Shown one piece after another: positions 1 through 15,917 of a stretch of 64,000 nucleotides of DNA. This DNA comes from Azolla caroliniana (taxonomy: Eukaryota; Plantae; Polypodiophyta). The translations under genes were made by a program, and so were the position numbers. Position 1 is the stretch's first letter. Each line of letters begins with the position of its first letter. The notes beneath the pieces are model-generated. The model was not told where the DNA came from, made no database searches, and saw only the letters and a list, made by a program, of their open reading frames with translations. The stretch spans positions 16,616,001-16,680,000 of the forward strand of contig JBHGNT010000013.1 of the NCBI GenBank assembly GCA_043228905.1, written 5' to 3'.

Positions 1-593
1 TGCTTAAATGTTACATGCCTTGCACCATTAATTTTTTTAATGATAGCACTGATTCAATCAATCGTTCATACATATTGAAATATGGCAACCCTTTCTTGAC
101 CACCGCAAAATTCTTCGACCTCTGGATCAGAGAAAATACTAAACATTCTTCATACCTTAGTCATCTTGCCATTTATGCAGTAGTGTAAATGCGTATTGAG
201 ATGCCTTCTCATGGGGGTAAAATGACACACAAGACAAATTTGTGATGTGAAATATTACTACTGTTTATGTGATTCTGTTAACGCTGACACCTCTGATCTT
301 ACAATGGGCCTCTACTGGGGCAGCATCTAGAAGATGGTTAATTATTCTTGTTATCAGTAAAAGTTTTACTTGGAGAAGCATTAGATCTAATATCTCAAAG
401 AGGCATGTTCTGCATTATCTATAAAAACTTGCAATGCAAGCGAGAAAAAGACACAGATGTAAACAGGAAGACAAAAATACATAACCAAAATATTCAGGAG
501 TAAGAAGAAGGCATCTTCAGTTACAGAGTACCAATAACCATAACAACGAGATTCCTTATTTGACAGCAGCAATACTAGAGCTCTCAAGCAAGC

Positions 594-1526
594 TTAGAAA
601 TCATCACCACCATCATAACTATAGTCATCTTGGCCAGAGTAGCGCAGTGCATCCTCTTCAGCTTGCTCCTCAGCAGCTTCATTCTCCTCATGGTCAACAT
701 AAGCATCGAGAGCAAGGGCACCTACACCACCGGCAACGGCACCGACTGCGAGGCCAGTTGCGAGGCCGCCAAATTTGCTACCTTTGCTAGGAGGAGGATC
801 CTGGGAGTAGTAGCCAGATGGAGGGGGAGCTCCATATGATGTAGAACTTGCATTGTAAGGAGGTTGTTGGCCATAGCCATACTGAGGGGGTTGTTGGCCA
901 TAGCCATATTGAGGGGGCTGTTGGCCATAGCCATATTGAGGGGGCTGTTGGCCATAGCCATAGCTAAGAGGTTGTGCAGGATATGCGTAACCTGGTTGGA
1001 CATAGGATTGAGGTGGGGGATAATCCTGAGGAGGGTAACCCTGGTATGCTCGGCTCGACTCATCACCTGATTTATATGCGGGAGGGGGCGGTGCCGCCGC
1101 CGCATACCGCTTCTCTCTAAGCCGAACAGAGAATTCGACCTTGCCATGTGGCCGTCCTGATGGTCGCTTCAGTTTCAGGCTGTAATCTAGGGTTTCCTCG
1201 AAGCCACCTGCGTCCACTACCTCCATCAAGGGCACAGAAACCGAACCCACCTTGGCCTTCTCGGGTTTCAAGGGATTCTCAGGCTTCTCATGGTAGATGG
1301 CCACCACGAGGCGGGCATCCTGCAGTTGGGATTTATTGACTGGGATGGTGAGCTTCTCCTCCCACTTGGGGTCGGTGTCGCCGGATGAATCCACACGCGT
1401 CGACACCTTGGTTTGGTCATTGTCGTCGATCCAAGCCACAGCATAAGCGCAGAGCTCGCCGACCTTCCAGTTCACGTTCTTGAGGTCACGGGCAGAGTGG
1501 AAGGTGATGTCCAGATCTGAGGCCAT
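594..1526 (-). CDS. Intronless C2-domain (calcium-dependent lipid-binding, SRC2-like) protein, 310 aa
   Basis: N-terminal C2 domain (SARDLKNVNWK...STRVD...PKWEEKL...RPSGRPHGK). This is followed by a P/Y/G/Q-rich repeat region, the hydrophobic Gly-rich segment GLATGLAVGAVAGGVGALAL and an acidic tail, which is the typical layout of plant SRC2-like proteins. Confidence 0.92.
   Translation of the reverse strand: MASDLDITFHSARDLKNVNWKVGELCAYAVAWIDDNDQTKVSTRVDSSGDTDPKWEEKLTIPVNKSQLQDARLVVAIYHEKPENPLKPEKAKVGSVSVPLMEVVDAGGFEETLDYSLKLKRPSGRPHGKVEFSVRLREKRYAAAAPPPPAYKSGDESSRAYQGYPPQDYPPPQSYVQPGYAYPAQPLSYGYGQQPPQYGYGQQPPQYGYGQQPPQYGYGQQPPYNASSTSYGAPPPSGYYSQDPPPSKGSKFGGLATGLAVGAVAGGVGALALDAYVDHEENEAAEEQAEEDALRYSGQDDYSYDGGDDF
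864..966 (-). repeat. 27-bp coding tandem repeat (YGYGQQPPQ, ~4 copies)
   Basis: Unit gggggctgttggccatagccatattga repeated on the + strand; the translation shows YGYGQQPPQ x3 plus YGYGQQPPY. Confidence 0.9.
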
Positions 1527-1618
1527 TGCGGGAGCTGGAGGTTTGGGCAGGGGCAGGATGAGACCGGAATATCAAGGGAAGGGGGAGGGGGGGGGGGGGG
1601 GGGGTAATGAGGTAGATC

Positions 1619-1671
1619 AGGGTTTAGGGTTTAGGGTTTAGGATTTAGGGTTAGGGTTTCAGGTGGTTTAG
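1619..1671. promoter_or_regulatory. Interstitial telomere-like (TTTAGGG)n array; telo-boxes (AAACCCTA) upstream of the C2 gene
   Basis: agggtttagggtttagggtttaggatttagggttagggtttcagg lies ~95-145 bp upstream of the minus-strand ATG. Confidence 0.75.
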
Positions 1672-1964
1672 ATATGGAGGAGATGAGCTTCTTTGCTTAT
1701 GAGGGAGGGAGATGAGGGGATGCGCGTTCAGTGCGCGTGAAGGGAAGAATATATGCAGGGGAAGATCAGGTCCAAATGCGTCGTCTCGGATTGATGGGTC
1801 CTACCACTCACTCACTCTGTCTCTCTGTTTCTCTGTTTCTCTCTCACACACAGTTTCCATTCCATTCCCTTTCTTTCTTTCTTTCTTTCTTTTTTCTCTG
1901 TCTCTTTTCCTTGCCTTGACCCTCAAGTTGAGTAAAATGGATGGCCATGTCTTATCTTACCTTC

Positions 1965-1998
<34 letters not shown>

Positions 1999-2024
1999 AA
2001 TCTTTATACCCATTTCCCGCCCAT

Positions 2025-2235
2025 CTCCACCGATCGGCCCCGTAAAACCAAAACCATCTCGCTCGTGTTATTTTACTCGTTCCCCGCCCGCCCCGAGATC
2101 TGTTGCTGTCCGCTCATACGAGAGACTCCCCAGCCCATTTTATTACTTGTTGTCCGTCCGCTCATACAAGTCTTCCCGGCCCGTGTTATTGCTTGTTGTC
2201 CGTTCCTAGACTTCCCGCCCCTGTTTGTCTTATTG
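2025..2235. repeat. Imperfect GC-richer tandem repeats (~45-55 bp), possibly a TE subterminal array
   Basis: Recurring motifs cccg..cccgtgttatt..ttgttgtccg..ctcatac, directly after a (TATC)n microsatellite at ~1967-1998. Confidence 0.5.
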
Positions 2236-3550
2236 TCACACGTCTTGCTTGTCGTGCACTCTCCTGCTTTAATCGTGGGAAATTTTACTTTTACCAAAAA
2301 GAAAGGCTCCCTAAGGCACGTGGGTCCTGCCTTGTTAGCTTCATTAGGAGTCATGATAAATCTTTGGTAAAGAATTACGTAAATATGCGGTCTTCATCTA
2401 TGTATTTTACATGAAGGTAGGAAAGAAGGAAGGTAAGAACTTCTTCCTTTCATTAAAACGTGTGAGAACTACACAAAACCTCCTTTTTGTCAGCGAATTG
2501 TATGCTTCTCGTTTTTGCTTGGATTGAATTCTTTGGATTCAGCCAACCTTTGTTTACTTCAACGTGTTATTTGCGTGAACTTCTTGCCTTATGGGCCTTT
2601 GGCATTACTATAATCTAACTATGAATTCACCCCATATATATATATATGCTACTCTTTATCATGCCTACCAACAAAAATTTTTATCCACATTTTTATGAAC
2701 TGAACATTTAGCCCATTCAACTCCATAAACATGTGTTCCTCTTGTTAAGACATCTATTTGACATAGTATATGCGTGAAATATTTGAAGGAGAGGAGACCA
2801 AACTACTCCTTGTCACAGACTTAACCTCCCTATCTTGAAATGCTACTCTGGAAGTCCTCACACTAAGCATATTCTGCAGTATGATTCTCGAGAATTCCTT
2901 ACATGGACAAAACCATCACTTTCATATTAGTTTTCTCTAAGAACGTTTTGCTTCTAACCTATTAAACACCCTTGACCCATAAAATGGGAGAGGGAGTGTG
3001 CTTTATAATGATTGTCAGATTTGAGATCGAGTCATGTTAACCACCCATGACTGTTAATATATTTAAAATTTTAATATATGTCTCTTTTATCTCGTGGTTG
3101 TGGATCCAATGTTGGTTGTTTGAGAGATTCTTTGGAATATCTTCGTAGGGAAGATGTTTTGATTAAATATTATGCGATGTATCAATGAAAAACCCTAATT
3201 ATTTAACAAAAGCATGGAAGTCACCCATACATGTCACCCACTAGTGAGAAATAGGCACCCCAATCTCATCGACGTTCTAGTTGATCGCGAGGGCAAAATG
3301 TGGCCACCTTCAAGGGAGACATTGCATGGGACTAGGTTGGTGTGATCGCATGAAAGGAGTTAAGGCCACATGCTTCACTTATTTATGCTACTTTTGATTG
3401 CACGTCCTTCTCTTCTCTCCTTCAATTTATTGGAAAACGCTCAGAGTGTGCTCTTTACTGATCATGCCTCATTCGATTGGCCATGTATACTCTAGAGAGA
3501 GAGAGAAAGAGAGCCAAGATGGATGTAGTTCATTTGGTAAGGTTGAGAGA

Positions 3551-3604
3551 GAAAGAAAGAAAGAAAGAAAGAAATATTAACGTCTTCTAAGGCCAAAATT
3601 GGTC
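3551..3604 (-). mobile_element. Extreme 3'-end stub of the RTEX-like LINE family
   Basis: Reverse complement gaccaattttggccttagaagacgttaatat(TTTC)n matches the LINE 3' end ggccattttggcctcttaaaagacgttaatata(TCTT)n at ~41020-41070. Confidence 0.75.
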
Positions 3605-4086
3605 CAAACCTATTCATCTTTGCTTCTATACATATACATTATACTATATGTTAATACATTCTATACTTTATACTATGTATATATTATAATTTATACATTA
3701 CATATACAATGTCACAGTATGAACCATATGGGCATTCGCATTCGAGTATGGAAAACACCCTTCGAAGTATGGTAAATACCATACGTTTGTATTCATAATT
3801 TATTATAATTTATAAGGTAAAAGAAAGTTAAAGTAAAAAGTGAAAAAAATAAGAATGTTTCTGATAACATACGCGTATGAAAAAGAATGCTGGCCAATGC
3901 ATTCGAGTATATTACGTAGTACGTACTATGTTATATTAATATACATGATACACATATACTATTATACAAATACATGTATGTATACGCTGTGTACACAGCA
4001 GATACATACATATGTCTATAGAGATAGACAGAGTGAGAGACAGAGATCTTATTGCAGACATTGTTGCTGCTTCGACGATTTCGATC

Positions 4087-6561
4087 ATGGCCATGGAAGC
4101 TGTGGACGATGCCATTCGCCTCCTCGACTCCATCATCTCCAGGCTCAGAGACCCCCGCCTCATTTCTGAACGTCCTCTCCCTCTGCAGGTTCTCTTCTCT
4201 TTCCATTCTAGCTTAACCTTCATATCATACATTGGTTTGTTTTTTTCACCACGGTCTTAGGAATACATCCTTCGTGCTTCTTCTTTTCTCTCTCTGATAG
4301 GATGAAGCAATAGGAGATAAGAAGCAGTTTGCTGCCTCCTCCCTGCAGAAACCCCCTTCTGTTCCTCCTCCTGCTCCGTCTTCACAAGGTGCGTTCTAAC
4401 ACAACAATCTTTTTTTTTCAAGAGTACTAGTCCGATCCTCATATCCCCTTATTTACTTTTATCAGCGTCAGTGGTGGTTGAGGATGGTAAGGAGTCGTCA
4501 GAAGATTTCGATAAAGCTCATCTCGAGGTTCATTCTCAATTCTCTATCTCTTATTTTCATGTCTTTCATCTTCTTCTTAGAATAGAAAAAACCAAAATTG
4601 TTTACGATCTTCCATAGCAAACACTAGTGTCATACCTTGTTTGCAAAAAAAGTGCTCTCTTTCCCTAAAATGCAGTTTGATTTTCGGAACTTGCTGATGG
4701 AATATTTATTAAGGAAACATGATCCAACATTATCATATGACTATCCTGCTAGATTTCTATAATTCATATTTTTTATCTCACAGAAAAGAAACTCAGCGAA
4801 TTAGTAAACGATCATTTCACGAGAGTGCAATGATGGAGCAAAGGTGGATTGTATTTTTGTAGAGTGCAAGGGAACAGAGCATGTCTTGAAATAGGATCTT
4901 GGTATAAATTGTTGCTTGACTGTGATAGTTTAGGTCAATAAAACCTACTAAGAGTATTTGTTGTCCTAATGAGACCCAAGAATCTTACTTGGAAGGGAGT
5001 CATGAGAAGCTTGATTATTCAAAAGACATCTTGGTTGACATTTACGGAAGGCTAAACAATTAATCATATCCATATCATTAATATTGTCGGAAAGCTAAAC
5101 TATTAATCATGTGCATATCATGAATATTGTCAGAAAGCTAAACAATCAACTATATCCATATCATGAATACCGTAGGAAGGCTAAACAATCAATCCTACCT
5201 GTATCATGAATATACAATCAATCCTAGAAACAATAAACTATATCCATATCATGAATACCGTCGGAAGGCTAAACAATCAATCATATCCTTATCATGAATA
5301 TCATTGAAAGCATTGAGAAGAAATCTATTGTATAAAGTCAAAACTATGTATGTGCATTTGTAATATTTGTCTTCAAGCAGGATTTTCAATCTACTTTTGC
5401 TTGAGCAAGAGTACTTTCCGTTTTACTTATACACATGAAGAAATAATTAATAACATGTGTTCATGCTGGTAAGGCACGTAGAATTTGTTTTAGCATGGAA
5501 ATTTTTATATAAATGGTATTCCTGACTTTCACCATCATCTTTTGTAAGAAGAATAGGCAGATACTATAGAGAGGGATGGTAATGTTGCATTGAAAGCTGT
5601 GTGCTAATGACCGCTGAGAATCTGAAATTATCAAGATTGACTTTAGTCTCTATCTTACCACTAAAACACTGTATTCCATGGCCAAAGTATTTTACTTTGA
5701 TGGGAAAATGCCATGAACCGTTCTCAATTAGCTTCAACGTGTCTCAAAACATCTCCTTGAATGTGTAGGTGGGGCGTGTGATCTCAGTTGATGATCATCC
5801 AGTTGCAGACAAGTTGTATGTTTGCAAAGTGGAGATCTCTAATGGAGAATTAAAGCAGGCATTCTATGATTTCTTTATTTAGATTATTTTACAGATCACT
5901 GATCATGACTAGAGGAACTGAAATTCTATCTTTACAGGTGGTGGCTGGTCTGCGAAAGTTTCTTTCACCTGAAGGATTGCTTGAGAAAAACGTATGCCTT
6001 GTGCGGAACTTGAAACCTGCAAAACTAGCAGGGCAATTGAGTGAAGCAATGATATTGGCCGGTGAAACTTCTGATATAAATGGGACCCTGAGCGTGAAGG
6101 TATGTCAGTATATATAATGGTGTCCACAACTCACAGCATTTATATTTTGCTTCATCTCTGGGGCATTGATGAGTATGTATGTATGGACAGATTCTTGAGC
6201 CCCCCATTGATGCATCAATAGGTGATCGTATATATCTGGAGGTCAGTTATTTTGCCTTTAGCATGTAGTGTTTGATGTGTCATCTTGATACTGACTACTC
6301 GATCTTCTTTAATAGGGATCGGTGCCATCTGCAAAACCTCCTAAGCAGCTGAGCTCCAAGATATGGGAGAAAATAGTGCCTTTGCTAAACATTCAAGGTG
6401 ATTATGAGAAGATATGCCTGCTGTTCATTCAAGTAAAACGTTCTCATTATGTGTATATTATGATGCCAGGTGGTGTTGCAAAGTTTGGTAGCAGGTCTTT
6501 GGTGACTTCTTCAGGTTTAGTTACAGGTCCAGATCTTCCGGATGGTGCAAGCATCCATTGA
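4087..6561 (+). CDS. Stand-alone tRNA-binding OB-fold protein (EMAP II / MetRS C-terminal / Trbp111-like), ~8 exons
   Basis: Exons ~4087-4188, 4301-4388, 4466-4527, 5769-5858, 5938-6099, 6191-6241, 6316-6397, 6470-6561. They splice to DFDKAHLE-VGRVISVDDHPVADKLYVCKVEISNGELKQ-VVAGLRKF...NLKPAKLAGQLSEAMILA...ILEPPIDASIGDRIYLEG...KIWEKI, the canonical tRNA_bind motifs. Confidence 0.88.
5045..5306. repeat. 43-bp intronic minisatellite, ~6 copies
   Basis: Unit cggaaggctaaacaatcaatcatatccatatcatgaatattgt recurs at 5045, 5088, 5131, ~5174 and ~5262. Confidence 0.9.
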
Positions 6562-7736
6562 ATAGTACTATTCTGGTGAATATAATTCCCAACCAAAATT
6601 TTGATTTCATTGCATTATGAGTTCAAACGAAGAGATTAATAGTCTTCTTTAAAAATTCATAGTTTGCTTAAAGGTCTCCATGAGGAGAGAGCTTGTCTGC
6701 ATTGCCATTTTTTCAGTTCAAGCAGGAGAGAAATTAGTTATCGAAGATCCATGCTGATGCTAAGTAAACTAAAAACTGTGGTACTTTTTAAGCTCTGCAA
6801 TATCACATTGAGGCTCACCAAAATTTACACATCTGTAGTTTGCATGGTTGATTTAATTATACATTTCTTGTGTCGAACAAGCTTCTCCATCTAGTTAATT
6901 TTTCTTATGATGCTTTATTTGCCAAGGCGTCTCTTATGAAGACTGGGTGGATGTAAAGGTCTACGAAGATTTCAGATAATCTAACACTCCAAATGTGTCT
7001 GGATATTGAAGGGTTATTATATGGTTGATGAGTTTGTAGACATGTATGTGAGCCATCTGCATACACGGGCAGTGTTGTGTTACATGTATGCATGGGGGAG
7101 ACCTCCATGATATGTGGGATCTTAGTAAAGCTCTATGTAGGATAAGGAGTTGGGTATTATCATGTGGGTTATAGGTATACAAGTGATGGAAGGGTATCAT
7201 GTTTAGTGGAGTGAACCAAGCTCGTTGAAAGCTTTTAAGATGAATTAGAAATTAATTTAGGAACTTTGTTGATTAATCCTAACTGAATCCATCTACTCTA
7301 TTTTTGCTTCACTTGATTTTTTACAAGTAATGGTGCACTATTTATATGCAAAAGTGGGTCCTTGGATCCATTAGGCAATCTGCACAATAGAGTATAGGTG
7401 GTGCTACAAGCGCTAACTTTGTATTAGGGTATGTTGAGATCATGTGTGGCATGTTTTGAGAGCTCCTTGCTTGGATTTCATATGGTGGGGTCTGGAATCT
7501 ACAATGATGCACTTGAGTTATGCGTTGATGATTCCTTGATTCACTACAACTATGCATGCCTTATAGAGATTATGAACACCACGCAAATGTCACCAATTTC
7601 CCACGCATTTCATGAACTAAAATGATACGACATCAGTTCTTATTTTGTAAATAACATATGTTCATTTTCATCTTATTCATAATGTATCATGTAACAAAGT
7701 TTTCACAAAGCTGCATGTGCACTTTTATATTATGAT

Positions 7737-7958
7737 TAATGCAAAAGTATTCACATATGCTACAATATGATATCAAAATAAATTAAATGTGACATTTCTT
7801 GTGTATTGGTGTTTGTTTAGTACCTTGTGTTTATCATCACCATATGCTAATGCAAAAGTATTCACATATGCTACAATATAATATCAAAATAAATTAAATG
7901 TGACATTTCTTGCGTATTGGTGTTTGTTTAGTACCTTGTGTTTATCATCACCATATGC
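7737..7958. repeat. 111-bp near-perfect tandem duplication
   Basis: taatgcaaaagtattcacatatgctac...catcaccatatgc starts at 7737 and again at 7848. Confidence 0.92.
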
Positions 7959-10324
7959 AAAACTCCATCAAAATTGTATTAAGGATTAGAATAGGCCCTT
8001 CATTCTTCCCTTTCTAGAGTTATTGATGGCTACATGACTTGATGTTATGTACAAATACATTTTCATTCACAATCTGGTTACAACATTCTTGCCTATGATT
8101 TATTTCAAGAAAGTTGTAGGCATGGGTTTAGGGTTTAATTGAGTCTATAACAGAAAAATAAAACCTGCAAATGAATTCTAAAAGCATACAAATGTTTTTA
8201 TTCATTCTCCACTAGAAAAAAGCCTTCAACATGAAAAAAAGCATCTACGGCCAATACATGGCTCAATTATTTTTAGTTGGTGTATGGTTACAAGATTTTT
8301 GTAGTTTATGCTGTGTTTAAGAAGATGGATCTACCATTTTGTAACCCTTGCACATAATGCATGCTTTATACAAACATGCTAATTTGTATCCAATGTAATG
8401 CTAAAGGAATATTTCATAGCCATAAACCTCTCGTTTTTGGAATAACATTGTACCAACAAAACTAGTTGAACAATGCTACAAATATGCTATTGTATTTAAG
8501 AAAAAGGGGAAAAATAGATATAATGTATTGGAGCTAACATTACAAGCCTCAATTTCTTTGAATTGGATTTTAGCCGAATAAGATTGCTTAATAGAACACA
8601 ATCCCAATATGTGTGCCTATAAATTTGGAACAAGAAGGATATGCACTAAACAATTTCCAACGGGTTTACCTCTAACATGCTTATGCAAGTACCTTTGCAA
8701 AGCTAACACCCACATTAAAATTCAAAATGATGAAGAATTCATATATCATGGATAACCAATCTACAACCTTGGAGTTCTTGACCTTTCATAGTGAGTATTT
8801 TGCCCCCTGCTTAAAACATCATGCTTTCTACAAATAAAGCTTTGTGAATTATTCCCCACCTACCTCTATAATTTATGTTATACTCTTTAAATTTATTGAT
8901 TCCATTGTCAAGCATTCACAATGATTTTCTTGGGTGCAAAGAAGTTATGTGAAAGCAATGTATGCAACAAATTACAATATTTAAAGAAAGGTTTGAATAC
9001 AATCAACCAAATATTCATAGTTCTCACTTTGATAATCAAACAAAAACTTTGGAAGGTGGAGATTAACATTGATTTTTCATGCAAAAAATTGGAAAATAGT
9101 GGGAAAATGGGTGTTTATCTTGATAGTAAGTTTGATGGCAAATCTAGTTTCAAATTTGGACAAATATGTCAAGATTTTACACTAGTCATTAGTTTTTAGA
9201 TAAATATGGTTTTTCAATCCAATGGATGAAAGATCCATTTTAGTAATAGAATCCTTGTTGATCCAAATGGATTGTATACTAACAAACAATTTAATTAAAT
9301 AGTGATTCACACCCACATAGACTTGATAGAAGCCTCCAAATAACATGTTCTTTAAGATTTCCATGCTCTTCATGAGTTTCATACCAACAAATATCATGTT
9401 CATAGACCAAAAAAGTCACTTTGTCAACAAAATTTAAGCATCTAGTTGAGCTTGATAATATGTTCTCAATAGAAAATTTGTCGAAGGATTTGTATTTAGT
9501 TGAGCTTAAATCCTCTAAGAGAGCTAGATCACCAATGTTTTTAGGATTAGGGTACTCTATGTTCAAAAGCATCGACATGCTTAGTATGCATAATGCACGA
9601 GGAATGTGACCACATAGTTGGTTACCATCGAGTTGCACAACAAGTAAGCATGCGTGCTCTTCCTACATCTTTCTGTCAACATCTCCTTGAACTGTTTCCT
9701 CTAAATATGTATGGTAGGCAATATCTTTAGAACGAGAGAGGAATACAAGACAAGGCCTAACTCTATGCAATCATGCTTGAGGGTAAGTACGTCAAGCCAC
9801 AAGCAAGCGTATAAATCAGTTTGCTACGACTTGTGAGGGCGGGATTACTCTTTCTTTCTTTTTTTCCTAAAGGGCATTGTATTATGGAATCTCACATGAC
9901 ACAAAAATTAGCGCACTGCACACTTGTAGGCACCTAGGTCACATGAGATGTGCTAATTTGGTGATTCATTAAGGATTGCTGTGGGATTTGAGATTATAGT
10001 CTTGATGAATTGTTCCTTAGAATTATTGACTCTTGAGCAAGGAACACACCCCCCCCCCTCCTCCAAACACATTCAAAAGAAAGAGAACTTGTTGGATATT
10101 TGCACGGAATACCCCTCAGTTTTCATAAATCTCTGCAGACACCCCTCATCAACAGCTCTGTAGATGCTTTCCCCTGACACGGGGGAGAGAGTGCAATAGA
10201 AGGAAAGAAGCGAATGGAAGGACGAGACGAGAAGGAAGGATGGAAGGAAGGGAAGAGCCCCTTTTACCTTCTCTGACTGGCTTGAATTTCTGTGCAGAAA
10301 ATAAATAGATTGATCATCTAATCC

Positions 10325-15917
<5,593 letters not shown>

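Noticed and set aside
560-1339. Several overlapping ORFs (His-rich, MAMANSPLN repeats, LLAIAILRG repeats)
   Set aside because: Shadow frames of the C2-domain gene and its 27-bp repeat.
6900-9700. Possible decayed transposase or gene relic (ORFs 7431-7625, 8921-9199, 9291-9638)
   Set aside because: No motif could be recognised with confidence; a TBLASTX/HMM search would be needed.
10214-10303. 29-codon uORF upstream of PEX6
   Set aside because: TSS unknown, a possible acceptor at ~10297 suggests it may lie in a UTR intron, and there is no conservation evidence.
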